Assembly (NCBI GenBank): GCA_964247055.1
Contig: OZ176054.1
Coordinates: 8,184,001-8,248,000 of the forward strand
Direction of reading: 5' to 3'
DNA: 64,000 nucleotides
Source of the DNA: Paragordius varius
Taxonomy: Eukaryota; Animalia; Nematomorpha
The notes beneath the pieces were generated by a model, which did no database searches, had not been told where the DNA came from, and saw only the letters and a program-made list of their open reading frames with translations. Below, in pieces: positions 1 through 12,000 of this stretch. Each line of letters starts with the position of its first letter. The stretch's first letter is position 1. The position numbers were made by a program, and so were the translations under genes.

Positions 1-1803
1 TTAACTGCACAGGTATTATAATATTTTGTAATTTTCAAATTTTATAGTAAAAACTTTTTTTGAAAAATATATTGTTGGGTTTACAAAAGCAAGAAAACAA
101 TATATTATTTAATATAGGCAAAGATTATTGTAGCAAAGATTCCAATGATTGTTCGCCCCTAGCTCAATGCATAAATACGGGTGTCTTTTATAAATGTATT
201 TGTCCGGCAAATACGACTATCGATATGTCCCCAAACCCAAAATACCCTGGGAGGATTTGTCTGTCCATGAATGCTAATGGAACTGAGTATATATTTAATT
301 TATGTTTCAAATATTTTTTAGATTTTAATTAGATGCAGAGATTGAAACTGGAGCTGTTTTTGTTAATGTTGTGGTTGTAGGATATTGTATCTGATTTTGT
401 CAGAGTTTTAGTGAAAAACGGTTTTAGACAAAATGTTTCTAGTTCCATTTTTTTTAGTAAATGGTACTCATTTTTATTTGTTTTTTTCGAATGTTTAATC
501 TATTTAAACACAATTGGATAAATGCGACAAAAAATGCGCATAAAATTTAAAATATTACTATGAATTACAAAATAACAAATAATTAAAAATTAAGGATTTT
601 TAGAACTGTTTAGGATTCCGGTTAAAGCAGTTCAACTTTTTCCATAATGGAAAAATAACCTGCTCCGCGAAAATAGTTTAGGTTTCAATTCCTGGTTTTA
701 AACATTATGTATATTAATTATTTTATTTTCTGATACATGATACTATTTATTGAAGTACAAACGGAACAGCCTCAGACATGATCGTCACAGATTGTAATGG
801 CTTACGATGGGGACGAAACAAGAGATTGTGCGTCCCTAGAGCTTGGGGTAGGTACTTTTGTTTAAAACATTTTTAACTAATCATCATTTTATTTTGGTTT
901 ATTTCAGAAATTTCTCTTTAAAATCTATCTATATCTCATAATTTTATATATTTATGAGAATATTTATTTATTTTAGCTGCTATTATCATACTTTTTTCCA
1001 TACTTGCGATTGGAGCCATGTTGATGGGATTATATTTTTGTTGTCTGCTATGTGTCAGGAAAAAGTAAATTATTGAAATATACTAATTTATCAACAAATT
1101 TGAAATCATCCAAATTCGTGAAATCATCAACTTTTATAAAAGAACAAATGGGGGTCACATTTTTATATGGACTATTACCTTATGACAAATTTAACTTGAT
1201 AACATTCATAGTTTTGGGGTTACGTTCTGGACCGTTTAAACAGTTCCCCAAAGATATGCAGTTCACGGTCAATCCATCAATAATGCCACAGATGCAAATA
1301 GATTTAATTAAATTAAAATTGTGTTAATATGTATTATTGATAATATTAATTAACAATTTATATTATTTAAGATATTGATATTTTACAAGTGATGATCATA
1401 TGTGGTTTATAAAAGCAGCTATAATCACAAGTAGGTATACATTTAAACATGGCCAAGTACTTTAAAAATTTAAAAAACAAATATTAATTAGCCTTAGACA
1501 ATCATAAATTTTTAACAAAATATAAAGCTTGTTAGTTTTAAATTATTAGAATAAAAAATTCCACATTGACCAACCTTATCCACAAGCAATGCAAAATATG
1601 ACTTATAAATTTTTGCAAAATCAATCAGGAAACCCTTTTTGGAGTTATTAAGATTTATTTTCTGAAGTGTTTTTTACACCTAACAAAAATAGAAATAATG
1701 TATCACAAATTTTGATCTAATGAACAGCTTTGGTAAAAAGCTAAACACACAATATTCATAAAGTGAAAAAGGTCTGAAATGCCCAATAATATAATAATAT
1801 ATA

Positions 1804-1845
<42 letters not shown>

Positions 1846-2658
1846 AGAGATAACCGTGTAACCACGGAACGATTAATTGTTCCAGTACCTGTGGTGAATG
1901 GTGTACCCATGCCTAATCCCACAAGTACCTATGTCCCGGTTCCTATAATAACAACGGCCCCTAATACGGTTGTGATTGAACGCATTCCCCCCTTACCATA
2001 CAGTCCGGTAAGGACAAACTTTACCCCAAACACCGTCATCGCACCAGTTCCTATCATGGCAACGGCGAATTCTACCGTAAACCCAAACATTGCAATCATA
2101 GAAAATACGAATAATAATGGTAAAACGACGACAAGTTATCAAACACCGACTGTACCTATCATTCCACCCATTTTAGATCACAATAATGAAAATAATAGTA
2201 TGGTATTACGTGCTAATCGCCCATCTAACACCATTCCGATCGAAGTAATACCCGACCCTGAACCCGTGCGTATTACAAGTCCACCCGAAAGATTTGACAG
2301 TCCGTCCAATATTTATCAGGTGCAACCTGTAATTGCTACACAACAAACACAAAATGGCCCACCCTCAAAACGTGCCATTAACAAAAGTAATTTGGTTAGG
2401 GACATTATAGATTATGGGAGAAAGAGTGAAGCCGGCGAAGTTGGTACCATAACGCCTATTCAATCAAGTTTTGGTTCCCCTGTAGTTGCACCTATAGTCC
2501 GAAAATTTGATATTGTTGATGATAATGAAATTGGGGGCAAATACTCACCGATTAAACAGCGATCCTCTATAATTGATCCAAAACCTATCGCTTCGTCTCG
2601 TGACAAAATAGGGGAAGTACACAATGTACCACGCGTAAAAACATGGACAGACTATTGA
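1..2658 (+). CDS. 3' portion of a multi-exon single-pass membrane protein with an EGF-like domain and a Pro/Thr-rich cytoplasmic tail (5' end lies outside the window)
   Basis: Exon 118-286 encodes a six-Cys EGF-like unit (CSKDSNDCSPLAQCINTGVFYKCICPANTTIDMSPNPKYPGRIC). Exon ~756-847 follows in frame. Exon 977-1064 encodes a hydrophobic helix (AIIILFSILAIGAMLMGLYFCCLLCVRK). The terminal exon ~1847-2658 is Pro/Thr/Ile-rich and ends VKTWTDY*. Exons between 1065 and 1846 could not be resolved unambiguously. Confidence 0.7.
1790..1838. repeat. (TA)n microsatellite (others at ~8988-9026, 18138-18172, 46985-47014, 47857-47880, 63709-63736)
   Basis: Directly visible dinucleotide runs. Confidence 0.95.
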
Positions 2659-3159
2659 ATATAATTATTATAATATCCTTTTTTTTATTATGAGCAGCAA
2701 TCATTAAGCGAGCGATATAGCTAAAACGCTAATCCTTAAAATCTATAAAATCTAACAGCGCTTATTTTTAAACAGGCAAAAAGGTCATTTATTATAAACA
2801 TAACACAACACATCATAGTTATATTAGTTTGTAAGAATCTCATAATTTTTGTATTTAATTTAAGAAATGCATTAATTTAATTTTTACACCAAGTTTAGTT
2901 AAATCAATTGATATATTTCTTATTTATATAATTAAATAATTATTTTAATATATTTCATTCGATAGATTAAATGATATATATTATGAATATAATAGTGCAT
3001 TGATATATTTTAATATTTTTTCTCAGTCAAACCATCACGGTTAAAAATGCAAAATATTATTTTATCAATTATATTCTTATATTATTATTATTATTATTAA
3101 TTGAATATAGATGTTGCATTAGAATATTATTCTCTACATTGAATACAGAATAAATGTAA

Positions 3160-3570
3160 TCTATATATTTATAAAAATGAAAAATGCTGGCTTTGTGATC
3201 TGGTTCCGGAAAACCGGTAGACCCATTCAAATCTAAATGTCGAAAAAATATAATCATTAATGAATGTCCCGACAATAGCTTCGCCTTTTTTTGAATTAGG
3301 CCCCTAGTTCGGGCCTACCCCGTGTAAGAAACGGTTTTTTTGAAAATAGAAGTCCACAAAAATCGCGTCCAGAGACATTCCAAAACATGTTGGACCATTC
3401 GATTTCAAATATGATATTTTTTACTTTTTTTTCGATTGCGCCGAACATAGTCGGCTCGCTTTTTTAATTTGGGCCCTTTTTTTACCCGCTCCCCCCGTAA
3501 AATGCCATTTTTCCAAAAAATAAAGTCCACAAAAATAATTTATTGAATCTCTATTTTTCGCCCAAGGTAT
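3160..3570 (+). repeat. Dispersed repeat, copy 1 (5' end resembles non-autonomous Helitrons)
   Basis: Shares long collinear blocks with 14620-15020 (atctatatatttataaaaat, tcattaatgaatgtc, ccccgtgtaa, ttggaccattcgat, ttttcgattgcgccgaacatagtcggctcg). The a|TCTATATA start is Helitron-like, but no CTAG 3' end was found. Confidence 0.7.
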
Positions 3571-4820
3571 GGGACCGTATATTTCATAGATTATAAACGA
3601 TTTTAGTAACCGAGTTAAAGAAATTTGGTTTATTCTGGGGTTCGTAGTTTTAATGAATGATAAATCACAATTTTCAGCTACTATAAGCTTAAATTATTAA
3701 ATTTCTAGGGCCCATTTTGATTTTATCAAGGAAAATATAAAAAAATATTTTCAAAAAATAGGTAAAATTTGCGCTTGCCACTCTTGTTTAACCCGAAGAT
3801 TCTTATAATGACCAGACAGTCAAGCATCGGTTTTGAATCAAAGGTTTCATTTGGGAACATTTTTTAAATAATTTACTTACAGAGTATTATCCATTTTTAG
3901 CATATTTATGAAATCAATAAATAAGCATTTTTTGCCAAAAGTAATACGATAATTGAGCGAGAAGTTATTTTAAGCTAAGCAATTTTATACTGTAAGCCTA
4001 ATGATATTTACGTAAATACTTTTTTGGGAAATTAGATATAGTTGTTTTAAAATTACCGATTTCATTTTTTATAATATACGGTTTAGAGTCTCTTTTTTCC
4101 TTCTTGTGAAAGCTTTAACACTCGCCTGCCCAGGGCTGACAGTGACGATGGAAAAATTGCGTAGTTTCGGGCTCTAACTCTGACCGCCAGTGTAAGAGTC
4201 CGGTCTACCTCTTATACCATCTCCCAACCTGTAGGACTTAGATTTATAGAAGGCAACCTAATACTTTAAATGCAAATAAATTAACATTTTGTTATTTTCG
4301 ATTAAAAAAAGAATTTAAATTTGTTAGAAATTAGCTTTGGTCTCCAATTTTTCCAAACTAAATGCAATTGAAAAAATGGTATTTGCATATTGAGTTTAGA
4401 AGGATTGGAGTCGAAACCGTTTTATAATCATTTCCTTTTTTGAAACCGCTCATAATAGAAAGATTCCGAAATCTAGGATCATTTTCTGTTCCAAGTCCTA
4501 AATTAAAATTAAGGCATGCTAAAACTATGATCATTAGAAGGGCGCAATTATAATGAAAGATGGGCGTGTACAAAAAAATTTAAAACCACTGCTCTTAGCA
4601 TTATACCTCATGCAAATTAAGGTTTCCTGCTCAAAAACACCGTTGAATATATGAAAAAAATTAAAAAAATCAACAAAATTTTCAAATGATTTATTGAGTA
4701 CAGTATTGCACATGATTAAATAATGGGACTATAAATTAAAAATAAAATTGGTTAGAGGGGGATTAATGTGTAATAAAAATATTTATTGCACGGTCAAATA
4801 ACATATAAAATAATACATAA

Positions 4821-6320
4821 TTATGAGCGATTTCGATTTTGATGCTTAAGAAAAAACCAAGATATTAGATGACGAATTTTTTTATTTGCCAGCGAATACA
4901 CATAAAAGTTCACGGAATAGTAAGTGTATTCAAAAACGTTTGCTATGAAAGATATATTGGTATTATTTAATCTCCAAATCATGTATTTTGAATTGGCTAT
5001 GATACTTAATATGGATGTGGGAACTAGACCCATAAACATGAAGATATAAATGGATAACATGAGAAATGTAATTTGCTTCTCACCCCGAAAATATTTGGAT
5101 ATCCATTGTCTATGTTGATTTAATTCAGCAGGCGTAAAATTCAAAACGTGACAAGATGATGTCATATTTAAATTAGTTGATTTCACATTTATTGGTATGT
5201 CCCTTGTAGAATTATAAAGATTATCGATTCCGGGTGCAGGGCCAAAATAATTTTTGTTTTGCCCCCTTTTAACAGTTGTAGTAGTAGTGGGGTAGTATCG
5301 TTCCCGTACAGCTTTCAAAATCACAATTTTGAAGAACAGAACAATGAATACAGGTATAAGGGTAAGGATTACCTCACCGCAAATCACATAAGTCGAATTT
5401 ATGCTTAGTATCTTGTCGGGTGTTGTTTTGGGAAACATTTCGAATACATCTTCAATGTTTAACTTGGGACCCGTCAGGTTCTTGGTGATGGTTGTTTTAA
5501 GAGGATATAAAATCCATATAAAAACAATCACACCCAAAACGCAAAGTAAAACTTTTAATCGTTTACTCGTGCAATGCATCTTATGAAAGAGTGTGTGTTT
5601 AAATAAAACATATCGTTCAATGGATAAACATAGGATTACGAGGATACTATATTTCCGAAAAAATGAAAGTGGAACTGTCACAAAATCAAGTAGAGCGTGG
5701 GAGTAAGGTGAAGTCCTATCATAATCATTTTCCAACAAAACACTACGGATCCAAAATATCATGTTGGACAAATTGGCGGCAAATTCTGTGATAGTTAGAG
5801 CTTTTAACGATACTATGACACTCGGTTTCAAGGTTAATGGCGTAAGGTTAGCAAGTCGCCCTAGTTTAACTTGTAAGCGATGTGCTGATAAAGTTTTATG
5901 TTTGTTGTTACGTTTTTCGTCCCTTACATGTTCGTTATTGGGTTTGGTACTGGGTATTTTGCTTAAATCAATCATTTCTATAACGGTTACAGGCTCTCTG
6001 TTACATTCTGGTGAAATGTCTGAGGAATTTGCATTAATTTGCCGGTTATTAATATTAATGCTGTTAGTAGGATAGGTACATTCAAAAAGGTTGTGTGGTA
6101 TTTGAGTTGATGCACTACGAGATGACCGTGAACTTTGTCGCACTTTCCAATTCAATAAAATAAATATAATGGCATTCCCAACCAGTCCATGAATCGATAA
6201 AAAACCCAATCCATACACGTAAAAAATTTTGTCAAGTTTCATTTTTCTATTTTCAAACGCTTTTTCTAACCATAATTGTATGGCATTCTCAGATTTTAAT
6301 TTTTTTTTTATATTGAGCAA
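4821..6320 (-). CDS. Intronless class A (rhodopsin-like) GPCR, FMRFamide/peptide-receptor-like
   Basis: 499-aa ORF with seven hydrophobic segments: TM1 GLVGN, TM2 LKALTITE, TM3 LSIERY, TM7 NFYVYSLANKKIR. The first in-frame ATG is at 6242; the track starts at a TTG. Confidence 0.85.
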   Translation of the reverse strand: MLNIKKKLKSENAIQLWLEKAFENRKMKLDKIFYVYGLGFLSIHGLVGNAIIFILLNWKVRQSSRSSRSASTQIPHNLFECTYPTNSININNRQINANSSDISPECNREPVTVIEMIDLSKIPSTKPNNEHVRDEKRNNKHKTLSAHRLQVKLGRLANLTPLTLKPSVIVSLKALTITEFAANLSNMIFWIRSVLLENDYDRTSPYSHALLDFVTVPLSFFRKYSILVILCLSIERYVLFKHTLFHKMHCTSKRLKVLLCVLGVIVFIWILYPLKTTITKNLTGPKLNIEDVFEMFPKTTPDKILSINSTYVICGEVILTLIPVFIVLFFKIVILKAVRERYYPTTTTTVKRGQNKNYFGPAPGIDNLYNSTRDIPINVKSTNLNMTSSCHVLNFTPAELNQHRQWISKYFRGEKQITFLMLSIYIFMFMGLVPTSILSIIANSKYMIWRLNNTNISFIANVFEYTYYSVNFYVYSLANKKIRHLISWFFLKHQNRNRS

Positions 6321-7369
6321 GCAAAATATGAGCTTTAAAGTAGACTGTCCATGAATGGAAAAATTAATTTTGGTGTTCTTTTGTTACTAAATATATATAT
6401 TGTTGATTTATACCTTACAAAAAAATTAAACTCATCAATTTTTTTAATTTGTTTAAACAACCTATAAACTAAGAAGATATTATTTTACGATTGGCAAAGG
6501 TGTGAGTATACATAAATATAAGTTTTAATTTTTATTCGATTGATTTTAATGCTTATTTTTGTACAATGATAAAAAATAAATTATTTATGACATGAGGGAG
6601 ATTATTACAATTTAGAGTAGAAAATGATAATACGTCTATCTGAAATATTTTACCTATTAATGGTGTTTATGTGTATGTCTAACTCTCTAATTATTCAATG
6701 TACTAACCAAACCACCCTTCAGTCTGGAACTATAATTTGCAATTAAAACTCTCATAGAAGGATAGTTAACTAAGCTTAAAATTATACTTTAGACTGCATT
6801 TAACAAAAAAATACCCAAAATATATATTGCATAGATATGATACTTAACTTAAATGAATCTTATTAAAATGAAAAATTTAAAATATAAAAATTAAAAACTT
6901 TGCAAATATTGGCACATAATATGCCTTAAAAAACAACTTTAAAAAATTAACATAATATTTGAAGAAAAGTTAATTAAAATTGGTTATATGTATTGATTTG
7001 GAAAATTTATCAATTGTTATAACCTTTTTATACAAGACATATTATTTGGAAATATTTTTTATTATAACAACATAACATTGCGCCTCTTTTATTTAAGTCA
7101 ACTTCAATTAAAAGGTTTTAATTTACGTAGTATTTCTTGCCAAAATTAACACTCATAAACATTTTCAAAGATTAATTTATTCTATTCATAGATGGAATGA
7201 TATTGCATTGATTATAAAATGGGATTAGTAAAATCTAAGTTATAATAGAGATTCTGTTTATTTTTCCTTTACCAGCTGTGATCTTGCTAGCATATTAGCT
7301 TTCGATATATTATCCCTCTCCTCTCGCGTATAAACGGTTTTATATCCTTTTAAGAAAAAAGTCCCACAT

Positions 7370-8980
7370 TTATATATCATCAGAATGGTTTTCAGCCACA
7401 TGTTGGCTCCAATAACAAGTTAAACATTTCGGTTCCAACATAAATGTCATGAAATAATTCGCAATTTTTTCCCTCTTTTGTTCCTTCAATTTTTTGGAGT
7501 TTTTGGATTGCTTTTTGGAAGAAGATTGTGATGGTAAGGATTGTTGTACATTATTTATTGTACATGGTACATAAAATAGGCTACTTTTTAGCGGTTGTTT
7601 AGGGTTTTCAATATTTTCCACATACTGACTGTATGTAATGGTTTGTGTTTTGCAATCAATACATCGCAAACGTCCAGATACGCAATGATCACAAAGTCTA
7701 TTTATACATGGGAAAAAAGAAACATGAAAAATCATATAACATATTTTTAATACAATAAATAGCCATATTAAAGATGGGTTTTTGTCTAAAAACTTAAGCA
7801 AAAAGGAATAATTGCTTACAACAATTTAAAAAACCCATATCACCTATGATATGGCTGTTACTCGTGTAATAAATTAGTGAGGTTAGATATGGCTAAATTT
7901 TACTTAGATATGTGGTTTGAGCAAATGATTATGAAATCGTAGAGTTTGGAATGATAGCTGATTCGATCCTCACGATAACGCAAGTAAGCTTCAATCTCTT
8001 GGATAGAATAAAATTCGGACAAATGCAGATTGATGTCATCTAATAAAACATTGATTTATTTGATATTAGAAAATAAACAACTTAAAGCGTATAAACGGGT
8101 ACCAAAATTTGACATAAACAAATACATGTATATAATATTTGACATAAAGCTTTATTTATTGAATTACACATAATTATAATATATTTTTTCTTTTTTAATT
8201 AGATCGTAATCACTTAATATAATGGCTTTTCACCCTATTAAAATTGTAACATTTATTTATTAACACTGTGAAACCTTTTTCATTGTATAGACACTCATAA
8301 CAAAATAATTTAAAAATCATCGGGAAAAGTATAACACATAAATTAAAACAATTTAGCTCATAAAAGCCAATACGATGATATATAACTTATAGGCATTTAT
8401 ATATCATTCTCCATACACGTAATAATTTAGTAGATTAAATAAATTTTAATAAAAAAACTAATTCCATACATATATATAGTAAAATAAGATAGTATCATCT
8501 AAATTTAACAAATATATTTTAATATATCCAATAAAGAATAGTAGTTTTATGCCTGGATGCGTAAATGAAAAATTCATAAACAATTTTATCATTTTGATTG
8601 GTATAACGCACCTAGCCATATATAATTATTTTTTACTATTTTAAATGCGTAAATAAGATAACTTACTTTAGATGACCAATAAATGTTGCTTTTTATATAA
8701 AATAAATGCAAACCAATATCTGAAAAAAGGTAGAATGGAGATGACTTCCTTGATTTTGAAGAAAAAGCAGGAAACCGAGTAGCCATCATATTGTGAGTTA
8801 CATGTCGATTAAGGTCGGGATGGCGTAAAAAAACACGGGATGATTCGTAGGAGCAATGAACTAAATTTTTATTTACATTTGCGGTTATCAAATGATGATT
8901 TGTTGATAAATAATAGCCAATGTGGTTGTTTTTACAAAAGAAAAATTTAAATATTAATTGTTATCAGTGTATGTGGACAA

Positions 8981-9028
<48 letters not shown>

Positions 9029-12000
9029 ATAAATACTTTAAACATCTCGTAGTTCAATATGATATTTAATGATCAAAATTGGCCCTTGAATAACCTATCA
9101 CCCTTTTAAATCTTATCTTTTTTTTATTAAAAGAAATTAAATATAAAATGTTTTATAAATTAATATATCTAGTTACTTATTTAACCCATAAATCCATATA
9201 TAATTCATGATAAAGGGTAAATTTAAAATTGCCAAGTTAAATTTGTAGTGTTAATAGAGTAGGTATAAATAATTTTTTTATCAAACTATTCTCTATTTCA
9301 CTTAATATTCAAGGTAACAATTATCAAAAATTATCCATCATTTCCTGGTTCACAAACGAAAATAAATATAATTTGAAAAATATTTATAAATATAACTAAA
9401 GAGTTACAAATAAAAAACCTACTACCTAAATACGTAAAATAGAATAATCTGAGGGCACGCCGAGCACGCTGGATTTGATTTAGGAGCGGGATTGAAGCAA
9501 TTATCTTATCATGCAATTGATTGATAGGGTGTATGCGACTAACATCAAGTATTTCTTTATGTTTACAACAAACCTAAATATCAAAGAACTTAAAACGACG
9601 TTGGAATGTATATTTGAATATTATTTGAAATTAATCCAATTTCATCGTACAATTTAGCTAATTTCATATATTGTGTGCAAAAAAGAGGGTCAATATTAAT
9701 CAACAAAAAATTTTTTTTCCATGAGATAGCTTATGATCAGCGAATTCATTTGCCGCAAAAATATTTATTTGTTGTTTTGAAATACTGAGAGAAAATCGAA
9801 ATCGGGCAAAAATTTAAAATTAAGGATATTTAAAAAATAATGATAAAATTTGAGATATTATGGTTTATTATCATTTTATAAGATATTTCCAATATATAAA
9901 TAGCATGATATCATATAGTTAGGGTTTCTATAAAATCTCAGGTCAAAAGACGGCGTTTTTCTTTTACCACACTTAAAAAACAAAAAAATTTAAGAAACTC
10001 TATTAAAATGATTTTTTTATTATTTACTAGCTGAACTCACTATTAAAATCTTAACATTCATATTTTATTAAGTAAAAAAACTTATATATCAAAATAAAAC
10101 CAAAAAATGTTGTTTTTTATTATACCATTTTTTGTCATCTATTTTATTTTGGAATCTTACATGATTGGGAATTATAAAATAAATAAATAATGCAAAATAA
10201 CATTTAAAAGTAGTGGAAACCAACAATCCTTACAAATCTCTGTAACAGGTCTCTTTTAAGAAAAAATTAATATTATTGTTGAAATTTGCACGGATTGTTG
10301 GTTGATATTGCACTACATTTGAAATGCTATTTTGCATAAATTATATATTTTATAATTTCCACTCATGTAAGATTCCAAAATTAAAGAGTAATAATTGTTT
10401 ATACACTCATAAACCAGATGACAAAAAAATGAAAAATAAAAAAAAATATTTTTTGGTTTTATTTTGATATAAAAGTTTTTTTTACAAAATATGAATGTTA
10501 AGATTTAAAAGTTTAGCTAGTAAATAATAAAAAAAATCATTTTAATATAGTTTCTTAAAATTTTTTTTGTCTTTTAAGTACGAAAGAAAAACGCCATATT
10601 TTGACGTGAGATTTTATAGAAACCCTAACTATATGATATTATGCTGTTTATATATTGAAAATATCTCATAAAATGATAAATCATAATATCTCAAATTTTA
10701 TTATTATTTTTTGAATTATCCTTAATTTTCAATTTTTGCCCGATTATGATTTTCTCTCAATATTTCAAAAACTAGGTTGTCAACAAATAAAACTTTTACG
10801 GCAAATGAATACGCTGGTCATAAGCCATCTCATGAAAAAAAATACTTTGTTTAACAATTTTTGCACACAGTAAATATATATCTTATTATATAACGTGGGC
10901 TAAAAATAAGAGTTACCAATTAAAATATTATAAAAAATGATTAACTAAAAAAATAAATGTTTAAAGGAAAAAAATTTCTGCATGCGCTTGCAAAACACAA
11001 AAAATCCATGTTTATTAACTTAAGCGAATCTAAATTTGAATTGATATTCAGTATTTTATTGATTTAAAAATCTTTTGTTGGAAATTTACTTTGTAAAGTT
11101 TGAAATCCCAATTTAAAAGAACACGTGATGGTATAATAGAGCTTTCATCTTTATGACAAGCCATGCAGTAATAAAATCCATCATAATGACAAACCCGGTA
11201 ATCTTCACCGTAATCTAGAAAGCGTAAGATATATAGTATTTGAAAAATATAAAAATTATAAATATTTGTAAATTGAAATTCGTAGATAATCAATATAATA
11301 AATAACTTTTAAGTTAAAAATCATTTGCGCCTTTATTTTAAAATTGGAATTTAAAGTATAATTGATGGTTTAAAATATTATTTTAAAATATTGAAATAAT
11401 AACTTACCAATATAATTGCGGCATAAACTGTTTGCGCAAACATTATCTTGCAGATCAAGCCCTGATATTAATAATTATATAATTTTATATACAATGTTAA
11501 TTAAAATTTATGTATTTAGTGATATGGCGATTTCATTTTGACATAAAAATGTTTTTAAATTTGGGAACAATTAAATATTTAAAAAATAATGTTAGAAATA
11601 ATAATTTTAATGAAATTTATATGTCAACTTCTTAATGACGACGGTTTTCGCAAAAACATTTACTATATCTATTATAATTACATGACTTATACTGAAATAG
11701 ATATATTTTCACACAAAAAAGTATTTTATATGGGTTTGAAAAAATAATCAAAAAATTAATAATCATAAAAAAGTAACCCTTTTCAATTTGTATGAAATCA
11801 TAGAGGCCAAGAAATAATTTTATTTCAGATTCATTGATAATTGCTACTTTTTTCATTGTTTTCAAGTTGGTCATTATGACGTGATAAGCTATAGGACAAA
11901 ACATATGCGTTTATTTTTCGTTGATAGAAAAATCACCAATAATTCTATCATATAATTTAAATATACCATTTGCACTTTAAGAGTGTCCTTGAACACTTCA

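Noticed and set aside
5401-6075. Plus-strand ORFs at 5401-5586 and 5761-6075, and similar antisense ORFs at 13046, 14030, 26223, 28409, 39480, 39732, 44139 and 48590
   Set aside because: They are antisense shadows of real coding exons.
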